DNA of 64,000 nucleotides from Candidatus Caldarchaeales archaeon (GTDB lineage Archaea; Thermoproteota; Nitrososphaeria_A; Caldarchaeales; Calditenuaceae). The position numbers and the translations under genes are program-made. The stretch lies in assembly GCA_039630085.1 (NCBI GenBank), contig JBCNVM010000006.1:1-64000 (forward strand). The letters run 5' to 3'. The notes beneath the pieces were generated by a model. The model searched no databases. It was not told the origin of the DNA and saw only the letters and a program-made list of their open reading frames with translations. This document shows, piece by piece, positions 55,665 through 64,000 of the stretch; the stretch's first letter is position 1; each line of letters opens with the position of its first letter.

Positions 55665-56726
55665 ATGAGGGTCACCGCCGAGGAAGTCCTGAGGGCGCTG
55701 AGGCAGGTGAAGGACCCGGAGCTGGGAGTCGACGTCGTCCAGATGGGGATGATCAAGGACCTGAGGGTGAAGGACGGCCACGTCTCCTTCACGCTCGAGC
55801 TGACGACTCCCGCCTGTCCCTACAACGAGGAGCTGAAGGCAGCGGTCCTGAAGGCGGTCGAGTCTGTGAAGGGCGTCGAGAGGGTCTCGATGGAGGTGAA
55901 GTCGAGGGTTCTGAGCGTCAGGCCCCAGAGCCCGTCCCTCAACCCGATACCCGCGGTGAAGAACGTGATCGCGGTCGCGAGCGGCAAGGGAGGCGTGGGG
56001 AAGTCCACGATCGCGGTGAACCTCGCTGTCGCGCTCTCGGAGGCAGGGGCCGCGACGGGGCTTCTGGACGCGGACGTCTACGGCCCGACGATACCCCGCT
56101 TCATCAGGGACTACGACTTCTCGTCGAGCGTCAGGGGGAACAAGGTCGAGCCGGCCAAGGGGCCGCTCGGCGTGAAGATGATGTCGCTGGGCCTGATCGT
56201 TACCGACGACACGCCCGTCATCTGGAGGGGGCCGCTGGTCGGGACGACCGTCAGGCAGCTGATCACAGACGTCGACTGGGGCGAGCTGGACTACCTGATC
56301 GTCGACCTGCCGCCGGGCACAGGGGACGCGCCGCTGACGCTCGCCCAGACCGTCCCGCTGAGCGGCGTGGTGATCGTCACGACCCCCCAGAGGGCCGCGG
56401 TCTCGATCGCGATGAAGGCGCTCAGGATGTTCCAGAGGCTGAACGTCAACGTCATCGGGATCGTCGAGAACATGTCCTACATCAGGTGCGCCGACTGCGG
56501 GAAGGCGATCAGGGTCTTCGGAGAGAGCTACGCGAGGAGGGCGGCGCTGGAGGCCGGCGTTCCGCTGCTGGCCGAAGTCCCCCTGCTCGAGTCGATCCTC
56601 GAGGGGAGCGAGGACGGGACGCCGGTGATCGTCAGGGACCCGAAGTCCGAGGCCGCGGAGGTCTTCAGGACGCTCGCGAGGAGGGTGGCGGGGAGGGTGA
56701 GCGTCCTTGCCGCGGGCGGAAGGTGA
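55665..56726 (+). CDS. mrp: Mrp/NBP35 Fe-S cluster carrier ATPase with N-terminal DUF59
   Basis: DPEL..TTPACP, SGKGGVGKS, DADVYGP, WRGP, DLPPGTGD, ENMS..CADC. Confidence 0.93.
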   Translation: MRVTAEEVLRALRQVKDPELGVDVVQMGMIKDLRVKDGHVSFTLELTTPACPYNEELKAAVLKAVESVKGVERVSMEVKSRVLSVRPQSPSLNPIPAVKNVIAVASGKGGVGKSTIAVNLAVALSEAGAATGLLDADVYGPTIPRFIRDYDFSSSVRGNKVEPAKGPLGVKMMSLGLIVTDDTPVIWRGPLVGTTVRQLITDVDWGELDYLIVDLPPGTGDAPLTLAQTVPLSGVVIVTTPQRAAVSIAMKALRMFQRLNVNVIGIVENMSYIRCADCGKAIRVFGESYARRAALEAGVPLLAEVPLLESILEGSEDGTPVIVRDPKSEAAEVFRTLARRVAGRVSVLAAGGR

Positions 56727-57180
56727 GCGATCCGAACTCCTCTCGATCCCGAGGACCGGCGTCTACCCGAAGGGCTCCCTCGATCTGGTCGCGGTCTACG
56801 AGTCCCTGAGCTCCGCCTACGGCAACGGATCTTCGGGCGCGCTGGCGACGTTCATGGGGATCGCGAGGTCCACGAGCAGGACCGGGAAGTGGGTCGTCGA
56901 GGTCGTGATGGAGGCCTACGTCGAGAACGCGGAGGCGGAGCTGCGCAGGATAGTATCGGAGGCGGCCGAGAGGCACGGACTGACCTTCGCGGGGATCTGG
57001 CACCTCCTCGGTTCCTTCAAGCCCGGGGAACCCATCGTGCTGGTCGCCTCGGTGGGCCCGAGGAGGAGGGGCGTGATGGACGCGCTCGCGGAGATGGTCG
57101 AGCGTTACAAGAGGGAGCCCGCGCTCTTCAAGAAGGAGGTCTACGCTGACGGCACGTCGGAGTGGGTGGAGGAGCAGTAG
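56707..57180 (+). CDS. moaE: Molybdopterin synthase catalytic subunit
   Basis: GALATFMGIAR, EAY, WHLLG..PGEPIVLV, YKREPALFKKE..WV. Confidence 0.85.
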   Translation: MPRAEGERSELLSIPRTGVYPKGSLDLVAVYESLSSAYGNGSSGALATFMGIARSTSRTGKWVVEVVMEAYVENAEAELRRIVSEAAERHGLTFAGIWHLLGSFKPGEPIVLVASVGPRRRGVMDALAEMVERYKREPALFKKEVYADGTSEWVEEQ

Positions 57181-57414
57181 ATTCGGCGTCTCAAGAGGGC
57201 CTACGTCTCCGCTTCGGCCTTCCTCGCCTCCGATTCCCTTCGCGAGTCCCTTGGAGTTTCGATCGTCTCTCGTGGAGCTCTTCATCGAGTTCGGAGGGAA
57301 GAAGGCAGAATCGCACTCCGTGTTATCTCTCGATCTTCTCGGTGAGGTTCTCGTATGGATCGCCCACGGGAGGCTCCGAGTTCGCGGAGAATCCTGAAGC
57401 CCGACGGTCCCAGC

Positions 57415-58422
57415 TCACCCGACGAACCTGAGCGACTCGACGCCGACGCCCTCGTAGGACCCGAGCAACAGCTGGTAGGCGGTCCCCCCCTCGGACCGGA
57501 CCTCCTCGAGCTTCGCCCTCACCACGATCCTGTCGCCGGGCCTCAGCACACCTGCCAGCCTCGCGAGGTACGTGACCAGCCTCTCGACCCCGAAGACCCG
57601 CTCCTCGACCCGATAGACCGCGGGCGTGAAGAGCGACTCCGAGTCGTCCACGACCTCGACGACCGTCTCGACGATCCCCTTCGACGTGTACTGGACCTCG
57701 CCGTAGGCGTGCGGAGGCCTCTCCCTCACCCCGAAGACGGAGAACTTGGTCCCCGAGAACTCTCCCTTGTGGACGACCCTCGACGCGAGGAGCTCCGCGT
57801 GCTCCCTGGGGACTCTCAGCTGCGACCTCAGGTGCGAGGCCCACTCCGGGCCGACCCCGAGCCTCAGCCTCTCGTCCCCTGACTCTGCCAGCGCGTTCAG
57901 GACCCTCTCCGAGTTGGACTCTCCGTGCACGATGAGGTCCACGTCGGAGCCCTGGTGCGCTATCCCTAACAGGATCGAACCGGTCACGCCGAAGCCCTCC
58001 TCCGGTACGCCCGAGGCCTCCGAGAGCCAGCCGATCAGCTCGACCGCCCTCCTCTCCAGCGAGTTCTCCGGCAGCGACTCCCGCGACCTCAGCAGCTCGA
58101 GGGCCCTCTCCTTGGTCCTGAAGACCCTCGTCACCTCCGCGAGCGGCGGCGCGATGACCTCGCTCCCCACGGAAAGGTCCAGATGCACGTAGTCGGGCCT
58201 CACCGACCTCACGAAGTCGATCGTCCTCAGGAGCTCCCTCACCGAGTATTCGACCAACAGCCTCGTGTAGGTCCTGCCGTCCGCCGAACGCCAGGGCCCG
58301 GGGCCCGGGACGTACTTCAGGACGGCCCAGACTCTGTCCCTCGGGTGGACGTCACCCAGCACCGAGAAAATCCAGCCCTCGGACGTGACGAAGCAGTCCT
58401 TGTCCCTGAGAGGCCGCTCCAA
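57415..58422 (-). CDS. Archaeal Pol-beta-superfamily nucleotidyltransferase (COG1665-like)
   Basis: LRDKD, F.V.G..HP, LKYVP, GVTGSILLG..SDVDLIVHG. Confidence 0.8.
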   Translation of the reverse strand: MERPLRDKDCFVTSEGWIFSVLGDVHPRDRVWAVLKYVPGPGPWRSADGRTYTRLLVEYSVRELLRTIDFVRSVRPDYVHLDLSVGSEVIAPPLAEVTRVFRTKERALELLRSRESLPENSLERRAVELIGWLSEASGVPEEGFGVTGSILLGIAHQGSDVDLIVHGESNSERVLNALAESGDERLRLGVGPEWASHLRSQLRVPREHAELLASRVVHKGEFSGTKFSVFGVRERPPHAYGEVQYTSKGIVETVVEVVDDSESLFTPAVYRVEERVFGVERLVTYLARLAGVLRPGDRIVVRAKLEEVRSEGGTAYQLLLGSYEGVGVESLRFVG

Positions 58423-58447
58423 CCCGTGCCGTTCCGACCTCGGGCCG

Positions 58448-60010
58448 CTATTTCCTGTTAGCCTGCAACGCGTACCTGTAGCCGTCGGAGATGGCAGCGA
58501 GGCTCGCCTCGATCACGTTCCTCGAGACCGAGGTCGTCCTCCACGCCGCGCCGTTCCCCGAGAACTCGACGAGGACCCGCACCGCGGCCGCCGTGCCCTC
58601 GAAGCCGTCGACCACGCTGACCTTGTAGTCCGTCAGCCTCACCCCCTCGAGCTCCGGGAAGCAGGAGAGGAGCGCGCCCCTGATCGCACCGTCCAGCGCG
58701 TGGACCGGCCCAACGCCATCGCTCGACGCCCTGTGGACGCGGCCGTCGACCTCGATCGCGACCGAAGACTTTGCGGACTGACGGTCCGGGCCCATGACCT
58801 CCACCGACCACTCGACGACCCTGAAGACCTCCTCGAGCTGGCCCGCGGCGCGGAGGAGGAGCAGCTCCACTGTGGCCTCAGCGCTTTCAAGGTGGTAGCC
58901 CTGCGACTCGAGCCTCTTCACCTCCTCAAGGGCCCTCGTGACCTGTTCCTCGGTGAGCCGTATCCTGGCCCTCGAGGCCACGTACCTGACGGTCGACCTG
59001 CCCGAGAGCTCCGACACCGAGAAGCCCCTCTCGTTCCCGACCGCGGAAGGGTCCAAGTGCTCGTAGGCCCTTGTGACCTTCAGGACCGCGTCGACGTGCA
59101 CGCCGGCCTTGTGGGCGAAGGCGTTCCTCCCGACGTAGGGGTGATTGTCCGCGATCCTGTAGTTCAGGAGGTCCGCGACCGACCTAGAGACCCGTGTCAG
59201 ACGCCTCAGCGAGTCAGTTCTTCCCTGCAGGACCGAGAAGCCCATCTTGTACGCGAGGTTCGGGAGCACCTGACAGAGGTCCGCGTTCCCGCACCTCTCT
59301 CCGATCCCCAGAAGCGTCCCCTGGACGTGTCTCGCGCCGCTCCTCACCGCGGCGAGCGTGTTGGCGACCGCGCAACCCGCGTCGTTGTGGGTGTGTATCC
59401 CAAGGTGGGCGTCCGGGAACCGCTCCCTGACTTCCTCGACCACGCTCTCGACCTCCCATGGCATCGAGCCGCCGTTGGTGTCGCAGAGGGTCAGCGTCCT
59501 CGCGCCGGCGTCGGCCGCGGCCCTCAGCACCGAGACCGCGTACTCCGGCGATTCCTTCCACCCGTCGAAGAAGTGCTCGGCGTCGAAGACCACCTCCATC
59601 CCGTGTTCCCTGAGGTACTCGACGGTCTCGGAGACCATCTCGAGGTTCTCCTCGGGAGCGCACCTCAGGACCTCGGTCACATGGAGCGTCCAGGACTTCC
59701 CGAAGACGACCGCGACCGGCGCCTCCGACTCGACGATCGCGTTCAGGGACTTGTCCTCATCGGCCCTAATTCCTTTCCTCCTCGTCGACCCGAAGGCCGC
59801 GATCCTGCTGTTCGCTAGGGAGACGCGCCTCAGGGCCCTGAAGAGCTCGCTGTCCTTGGGGTTCGAGCCCGGCCATCCCGACTCTATGATGTCGACGCCG
59901 AGCTCGTCGAGCCTCTCGATCACCCTGAGCTTCTCCCGCAGCGAGAAGGTTATCCCTCTGGTCTGCGCGCCGTCCCGAAGGGTGGTGTCAAGGGTCTCGA
60001 CGTAATCGAT
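58448..60010 (-). CDS. cimA: Citramalate synthase (CimA, LeuA family); N-terminus needs a start at or near ATC 60010
   Basis: In-frame DYVETLDTTLRDGAQ upstream of the track start; ESGWPGSNPKD, AAFGST, FGKSW, FDAEHFFDG, LCDTNGG, HTHND, AHKAGVH, SELSGRS, GVGPVHALD. Confidence 0.88.
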   Translation of the reverse strand: MDYVETLDTTLRDGAQTRGITFSLREKLRVIERLDELGVDIIESGWPGSNPKDSELFRALRRVSLANSRIAAFGSTRRKGIRADEDKSLNAIVESEAPVAVVFGKSWTLHVTEVLRCAPEENLEMVSETVEYLREHGMEVVFDAEHFFDGWKESPEYAVSVLRAAADAGARTLTLCDTNGGSMPWEVESVVEEVRERFPDAHLGIHTHNDAGCAVANTLAAVRSGARHVQGTLLGIGERCGNADLCQVLPNLAYKMGFSVLQGRTDSLRRLTRVSRSVADLLNYRIADNHPYVGRNAFAHKAGVHVDAVLKVTRAYEHLDPSAVGNERGFSVSELSGRSTVRYVASRARIRLTEEQVTRALEEVKRLESQGYHLESAEATVELLLLRAAGQLEEVFRVVEWSVEVMGPDRQSAKSSVAIEVDGRVHRASSDGVGPVHALDGAIRGALLSCFPELEGVRLTDYKVSVVDGFEGTAAAVRVLVEFSGNGAAWRTTSVSRNVIEASLAAISDGYRYALQANRK

Positions 60011-60120
60011 CCGACCACCCCGCGCACCGCGGCGGAGCGCGCCACGATATCAACGTATCCTCCGCGCCGACGCCAGCCGATTGCGGAGTGTAGGTAAATT
60101 ATCCCGGAGGTCGGGCGAGT

Positions 60121-62850
60121 GTGGGGTTGTCCGGGACCGAGGCGGAGTTCCACGCGCTTGAGGCAGAGGAGGCGGCCGGGCGGCTCGGGGTCGACCCTGC
60201 CAGAGGCCTGAGTCGGGGGGAGGTCGAGGAGAGGCTGAGGAGGTTCGGCCCGAACGTGATCGTGGAGGCCAAGAGGCCGAGCCCGGTCGTGCTCTTCCTC
60301 AGGCAGTTCGCGAACCTGCTGATCCTGATACTGCTGGCCGCGACCGCGATCACCGCCTTCCTCGGCGAGGTGATAGAGGCGGTCGTGATCGGCGTCATCG
60401 TCCTCTTCATCGGCGTCGTGGGGTTCATTCAGGAGTATAGGGCCGAGAGGGCCCTCGAGAAGCTGAAGGAGCTGACCGCCCCCACCTGCAGGGTTCTGAG
60501 GGACGGCGACGTGGCCACGGTGCCCGCGCATCAGGTCGTCCCCGGCGACGTCCTAGTCCTAGGCGAGGGAGACATCGTTGCCGCTGACGGAAGGTTGGTC
60601 GAGTCCCACGGCCTCAAGGTCGACGAGTCCGCCCTCACCGGGGAATCGGTCCCAGTGGAGAAGGTGACGAGGGCCCTTCCGAGGGACGTCCCCCTCGGAG
60701 ACAGGGTCAACTCCGTCTATGCGGGGACGCTCGTCGTCTCGGGGCGAGGCAAGGCGGTGGTCACGGCGACCGGCAAGTCGACCGAGTTCGGGAAGGTGGC
60801 CGCCTACACGCTCGCGGTGGAGGAGGAGAGGACGCCCCTCGAGGCTAGGATGAACGAGCTGGGGAGGAAGTTCGGCCTGCTGGCGCTGGTCATCGTCGCG
60901 GTGCTCTTCGTCCTTGAGCTCGCCGAGTCCCTTCTCTTCGGCGGCATAACCCTCGAGTTCCTGATCGAGGTCTTCCTCTTCAGCGTCGCCCTCGCCGTCG
61001 CCGCGGTCCCCGAGGCCCTCCCGGCCGTCGTCACCGCGTCCCTCGCGATCGGGGCCTGGACGCTCGCGAAGCACGGGGCGCTGGTGAAGAAGCTCGCGGC
61101 GGTCGAGAGCCTCGGGTCCACCCAGGTGATGTGCTTCGACAAGACCGGGACCCTCACAAAGGGCGAGCAGACCGTCAGGGCCGTCTGCGTCGACGGCAGG
61201 CTCCTCCCCGTCACCGGGACCGGGTTCAACGTCGAGGGCTCGATCGAGGGCGCCGACAGGAACTCGAGGGCCTTCGAGGAGCTCCTGAGGGCCTCGGTCC
61301 TCTGCAACGACGCCTCCGTGACCAACGCCGACGGCAGGTGGAGGCACTCCGGCGACCCCACGGAGGTGGCCCTGCTCTTCATGGCCCTGAAGGCCGGCGT
61401 CGACGTGGAGGCGCTGAGGAGGGCCCACCCCAGGGTCTCGGAGAACCCGTTCACCAGCGAGCGGAAGATGATGTCCACGGTCAACCTCGTCGACGGGAGA
61501 AGGGTCGCGTTCGTGAAGGGAGCGCCCGAGGTCGTGATCGAGAGGTGCGTCGCGGCCCTCACCCGCGACGGCGTCGTCCCTATGACGCCTCCGATGAGGT
61601 CCGAGCTGATCGAGGTCAACGAGCGGCTCGCGTCGGAGGGGATGAGGGTCCTCGCGTTCGGGTACAGGGACGCGGAGGGCGTCGAGGGCGAGGAGGCGGA
61701 GAGGGACCTCGTCTTTGTCGGGATGGTCGGGATGATAGACCCGCCGAGGCCCGAGGCGATCGAGGCGATAAGAGTTGCGAAGTCCGCGGGCGTGAAGCCC
61801 GTGATGATAACCGGCGACCACAGGCTCACCGCGATCGCGGTCGCGAGGGAGTGCGGCATAGAGACCGAGCACGTCCTGACAGGAAGGGAACTGGACTTGA
61901 TGACGGCGGAGGAGCTCGCCGAACACATCGATAAGGTGACCGTCTACGCGAGGACCTCTCCGGTCCAGAAGCTGAAGATCGTCGAGGGGTGGAAGGTGAA
62001 GGACTCGGTCGTGGCGATGACGGGCGACGGCGTCAACGACGCCCCTGCCCTGAAGAGGGCCGACATCGGGGTCGCTATGGGGATCAGGGGCACCGCGGTG
62101 GCGAAGGAGTCCTCGGACCTCATACTCACCGACGACAGCCTCGCGACGCTCGTGAAGGCCATAGAGCTCGGGAGGTGGATCATGGACAACATCAAGCGCT
62201 ACCTCGCCTACCTCCTCCAGGCGAACCTCGTCGAGATCGTAGTCCTCTCCTTCACGACCCTCTTCCTCCTCAGGTACCTCGGGTTCTCCGGAGAGGAGGC
62301 CCTCGCCCTGCTCCCGGTCCACATACTCTACATCAACCTGGCCACGGACGGACTCCCGGCCCTCGCGCTCGGCCTCAGCCCTCCAGACCCGGACCTGATG
62401 GAGCGGCCTCCGCTGAAGAGGGGCGAGAGCGTCTTCACGAGGGAGGTCGTCGAGTTCCTGATCAGGGCGCTGATCGTGGAGCCCCCGGTCATGATTCTCG
62501 CCTTCTACTCGGCCCTCCCGAACGGGATCGACGCGGCTAGGACCAGGCTCTTCCTCCTCTTCGTCGCGATCGAGCTCGTCGTCGCCCTGAGCTGCAGGTC
62601 CCTCAGGCACCCGGTGGCGAAGGTGAGGCCCCACAGGTGGCTGGTGCTCGCGGTCCTCTGGGAGGCGGCCCTGATCAGCCTCCTGGTCTGGATCCCGTGG
62701 ACAAGGGAGGCGCTGCACCTGACCGTGCCGACGCTCGAGGACCTGACGTGGATCCTCGCAGGAGGCGCTGCGACCTTCGCGTCGATAGAGCTGCTGAAGC
62801 TGGTGGTGATCTCGAGGCACTCGCGGGCCCCGCCGCTCAGAGCCTCTTGA
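60121..62850 (+). CDS. P-type cation-transporting ATPase (type IIA, Ca2+-like)
   Basis: [44 protein letters not shown]. Confidence 0.95.
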   Translation: MGLSGTEAEFHALEAEEAAGRLGVDPARGLSRGEVEERLRRFGPNVIVEAKRPSPVVLFLRQFANLLILILLAATAITAFLGEVIEAVVIGVIVLFIGVVGFIQEYRAERALEKLKELTAPTCRVLRDGDVATVPAHQVVPGDVLVLGEGDIVAADGRLVESHGLKVDESALTGESVPVEKVTRALPRDVPLGDRVNSVYAGTLVVSGRGKAVVTATGKSTEFGKVAAYTLAVEEERTPLEARMNELGRKFGLLALVIVAVLFVLELAESLLFGGITLEFLIEVFLFSVALAVAAVPEALPAVVTASLAIGAWTLAKHGALVKKLAAVESLGSTQVMCFDKTGTLTKGEQTVRAVCVDGRLLPVTGTGFNVEGSIEGADRNSRAFEELLRASVLCNDASVTNADGRWRHSGDPTEVALLFMALKAGVDVEALRRAHPRVSENPFTSERKMMSTVNLVDGRRVAFVKGAPEVVIERCVAALTRDGVVPMTPPMRSELIEVNERLASEGMRVLAFGYRDAEGVEGEEAERDLVFVGMVGMIDPPRPEAIEAIRVAKSAGVKPVMITGDHRLTAIAVARECGIETEHVLTGRELDLMTAEELAEHIDKVTVYARTSPVQKLKIVEGWKVKDSVVAMTGDGVNDAPALKRADIGVAMGIRGTAVAKESSDLILTDDSLATLVKAIELGRWIMDNIKRYLAYLLQANLVEIVVLSFTTLFLLRYLGFSGEEALALLPVHILYINLATDGLPALALGLSPPDPDLMERPPLKRGESVFTREVVEFLIRALIVEPPVMILAFYSALPNGIDAARTRLFLLFVAIELVVALSCRSLRHPVAKVRPHRWLVLAVLWEAALISLLVWIPWTREALHLTVPTLEDLTWILAGGAATFASIELLKLVVISRHSRAPPLRAS

Positions 62851-63523
62851 CGTCCCCCCTCCCCGAGGTCAGCCTCATCACCCTGTCCGTGACCTCGCCG
62901 AGCATCCCGCCGGGCAGCTCGACCTGACAGACCCAGGAGCCGTCGCCCTTCCACTCCTCCCTCACTATCCTGCCCACGCCACGGAGGTATCCGCTGACCC
63001 TCGGCTGGGTGTCGCCGGGCGACCTGACCTCGACAGTTATCTGGACGACCTTGATCGGGAGGACGGTCCTCAGCCTCTCTATCACCTTCCCGACCTGCTC
63101 GGAGGCCTCCGCGAACGGATCTATCTGGACCCCGACCTCCTTCATCGCGAGCTCGATCCTCTGGGGCGGTATCGGAGCGTTGGTCCTCGGGTCGATCGCG
63201 TTCCTCGCGATCAGGTCGATCACCTTCCTCCTCTTCTCCTCGATCAGGGCCCGCCTCTGCTCTGCGGTGAGCTGGACCTCGCCCTCCTTAACGATGGTCA
63301 GCGCGATCTGGTACGGGTCGGTGGTGCCGAAGGCCTTCCTCAGCTCCTCCTCCTTAGCCCTGATGCCCTTCTTAGCGTCCCTGTAGACCTCCGGGTAGAC
63401 GAGGACCTTCTGCGACGGCTGGGCCTGCCCTAGCCTGATCTTCAGGGCGAGGTCCGGGTCCACCAGCACCTCGTAGGTCTCGCCCCGCTTCGTCATCCTG
63501 GCGATCGTGTAGTTCTGCGGCAA
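62837..63523 (-). CDS. Ribosome maturation factor SBDS/Sdo1
   Basis: [48 protein letters not shown] 63523 follows a GGTGAGGTG Shine-Dalgarno sequence. Confidence 0.93.
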   Translation of the reverse strand: MPQNYTIARMTKRGETYEVLVDPDLALKIRLGQAQPSQKVLVYPEVYRDAKKGIRAKEEELRKAFGTTDPYQIALTIVKEGEVQLTAEQRRALIEEKRRKVIDLIARNAIDPRTNAPIPPQRIELAMKEVGVQIDPFAEASEQVGKVIERLRTVLPIKVVQITVEVRSPGDTQPRVSGYLRGVGRIVREEWKGDGSWVCQVELPGGMLGEVTDRVMRLTSGRGDVKRL

Positions 63524-63566
63524 CCCCCAGCACCTCACCGGACTCCCTCTCGGGAGGTTTTAGCAG

Positions 63567-64000
63567 TTAGCCCGTGGACTCCGGGGTCTTGGAGCGCCTC
63601 TTCCCGCCGCCTCGCCCGGCCTTCGCAGCGACCGCGAACCACAGTCCTCCTCCGGCGTGGAGGAACCTCGCCTTACCGAAGCCGGAACGCGAGGTGAGCG
63701 ACGAGAGCTCCCTCCTCGAGAGCATCGACCCTCCTTGAAGCGCGTAGTCGAGCGCGAGGAACCTCAGGAGCGCGTCGTGCCTCGGGTCGCCTGTCCTGTC
63801 GGAGAGCCCCTCGGCCACGACCAGTAGCCCACCGCGCCTCAGCGCCCTGCGGGCCGACCTCAGGACTCCGGGCCTGTCGGAGGCCACGCAGAGGACCTCG
63901 CCGAGGTAGACCAGGTCGAACTCCTCCCCACCGTCCAGCGACTCGCCCGTTCCCTCGACGAACCTCACGCGGCCCGAGAGTCCCGCCTCCTCCGCCCTCC
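63567..64000 (-). CDS. Class I SAM-dependent methyltransferase, C-terminal part (start outside window)
   Basis: AGLSGRVRFVEG, FDLVYLGEVL, ARRALRRGGLLVV. Confidence 0.78.
   Translation of the reverse strand, partial: RAEEAGLSGRVRFVEGTGESLDGGEEFDLVYLGEVLCVASDRPGVLRSARRALRRGGLLVVAEGLSDRTGDPRHDALLRFLALDYALQGGSMLSRRELSSLTSRSGFGKARFLHAGGGLWFAVAAKAGRGGGKRRSKTPESTG

Noticed and set aside
1-64000. tRNA, rRNA, SRP or RNase P RNA genes, and IS elements
   Set aside because: No recognisable T-loop/cloverleaf, rRNA, transposase or terminal-repeat signatures by eye; a covariance-model search would be needed to exclude small RNAs.

Overview
GC-rich (roughly two-thirds G+C by eye), gene-dense archaeal chromosomal segment. 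Crenactin, aCPSF1/FttA, Top6A, SBDS, A/V-ATPase subunits, a crenarchaeal-type SSB and PolB2 point to a TACK archaeon, most plausibly Caldarchaeales ('Aigarchaeota'); the taxonomy is inference. About 57 real genes, mostly housekeeping or metabolic: Mo-hydroxylases, an ECF transporter, leuA-ilvB, cimA, argG, NAD salvage, Fe-S/Moco biogenesis and a P-type ATPase. Most other listed ORFs are GC-driven shadow frames. I saw no tRNA, rRNA, CRISPR array, transposase or integrase. Most notable: (1) a short, hinge-less, Cys-free SMC5/6-like (ClsN/Arcadin-4 type) ATPase coupled to a kleisin (ScpA)-like gene, followed by ~20-bp-spaced ACTTTCGG-like repeats and a small-protein/PolB2 operon, a candidate minimal SMC-kleisin DNA-damage module; (2) a uORF ending LLL-stop directly against the leuA ribosome-binding site, a candidate leucine-sensing leader; (3) genes whose conserved N-termini appear to need CTG or ATC start codons; (4) an orphan NurA-HerA pair behind a palindrome array and two wHTH genes; (5) a His-rich secreted protein in a small foreign-looking island. 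All family assignments come from motif recognition, not database searches.
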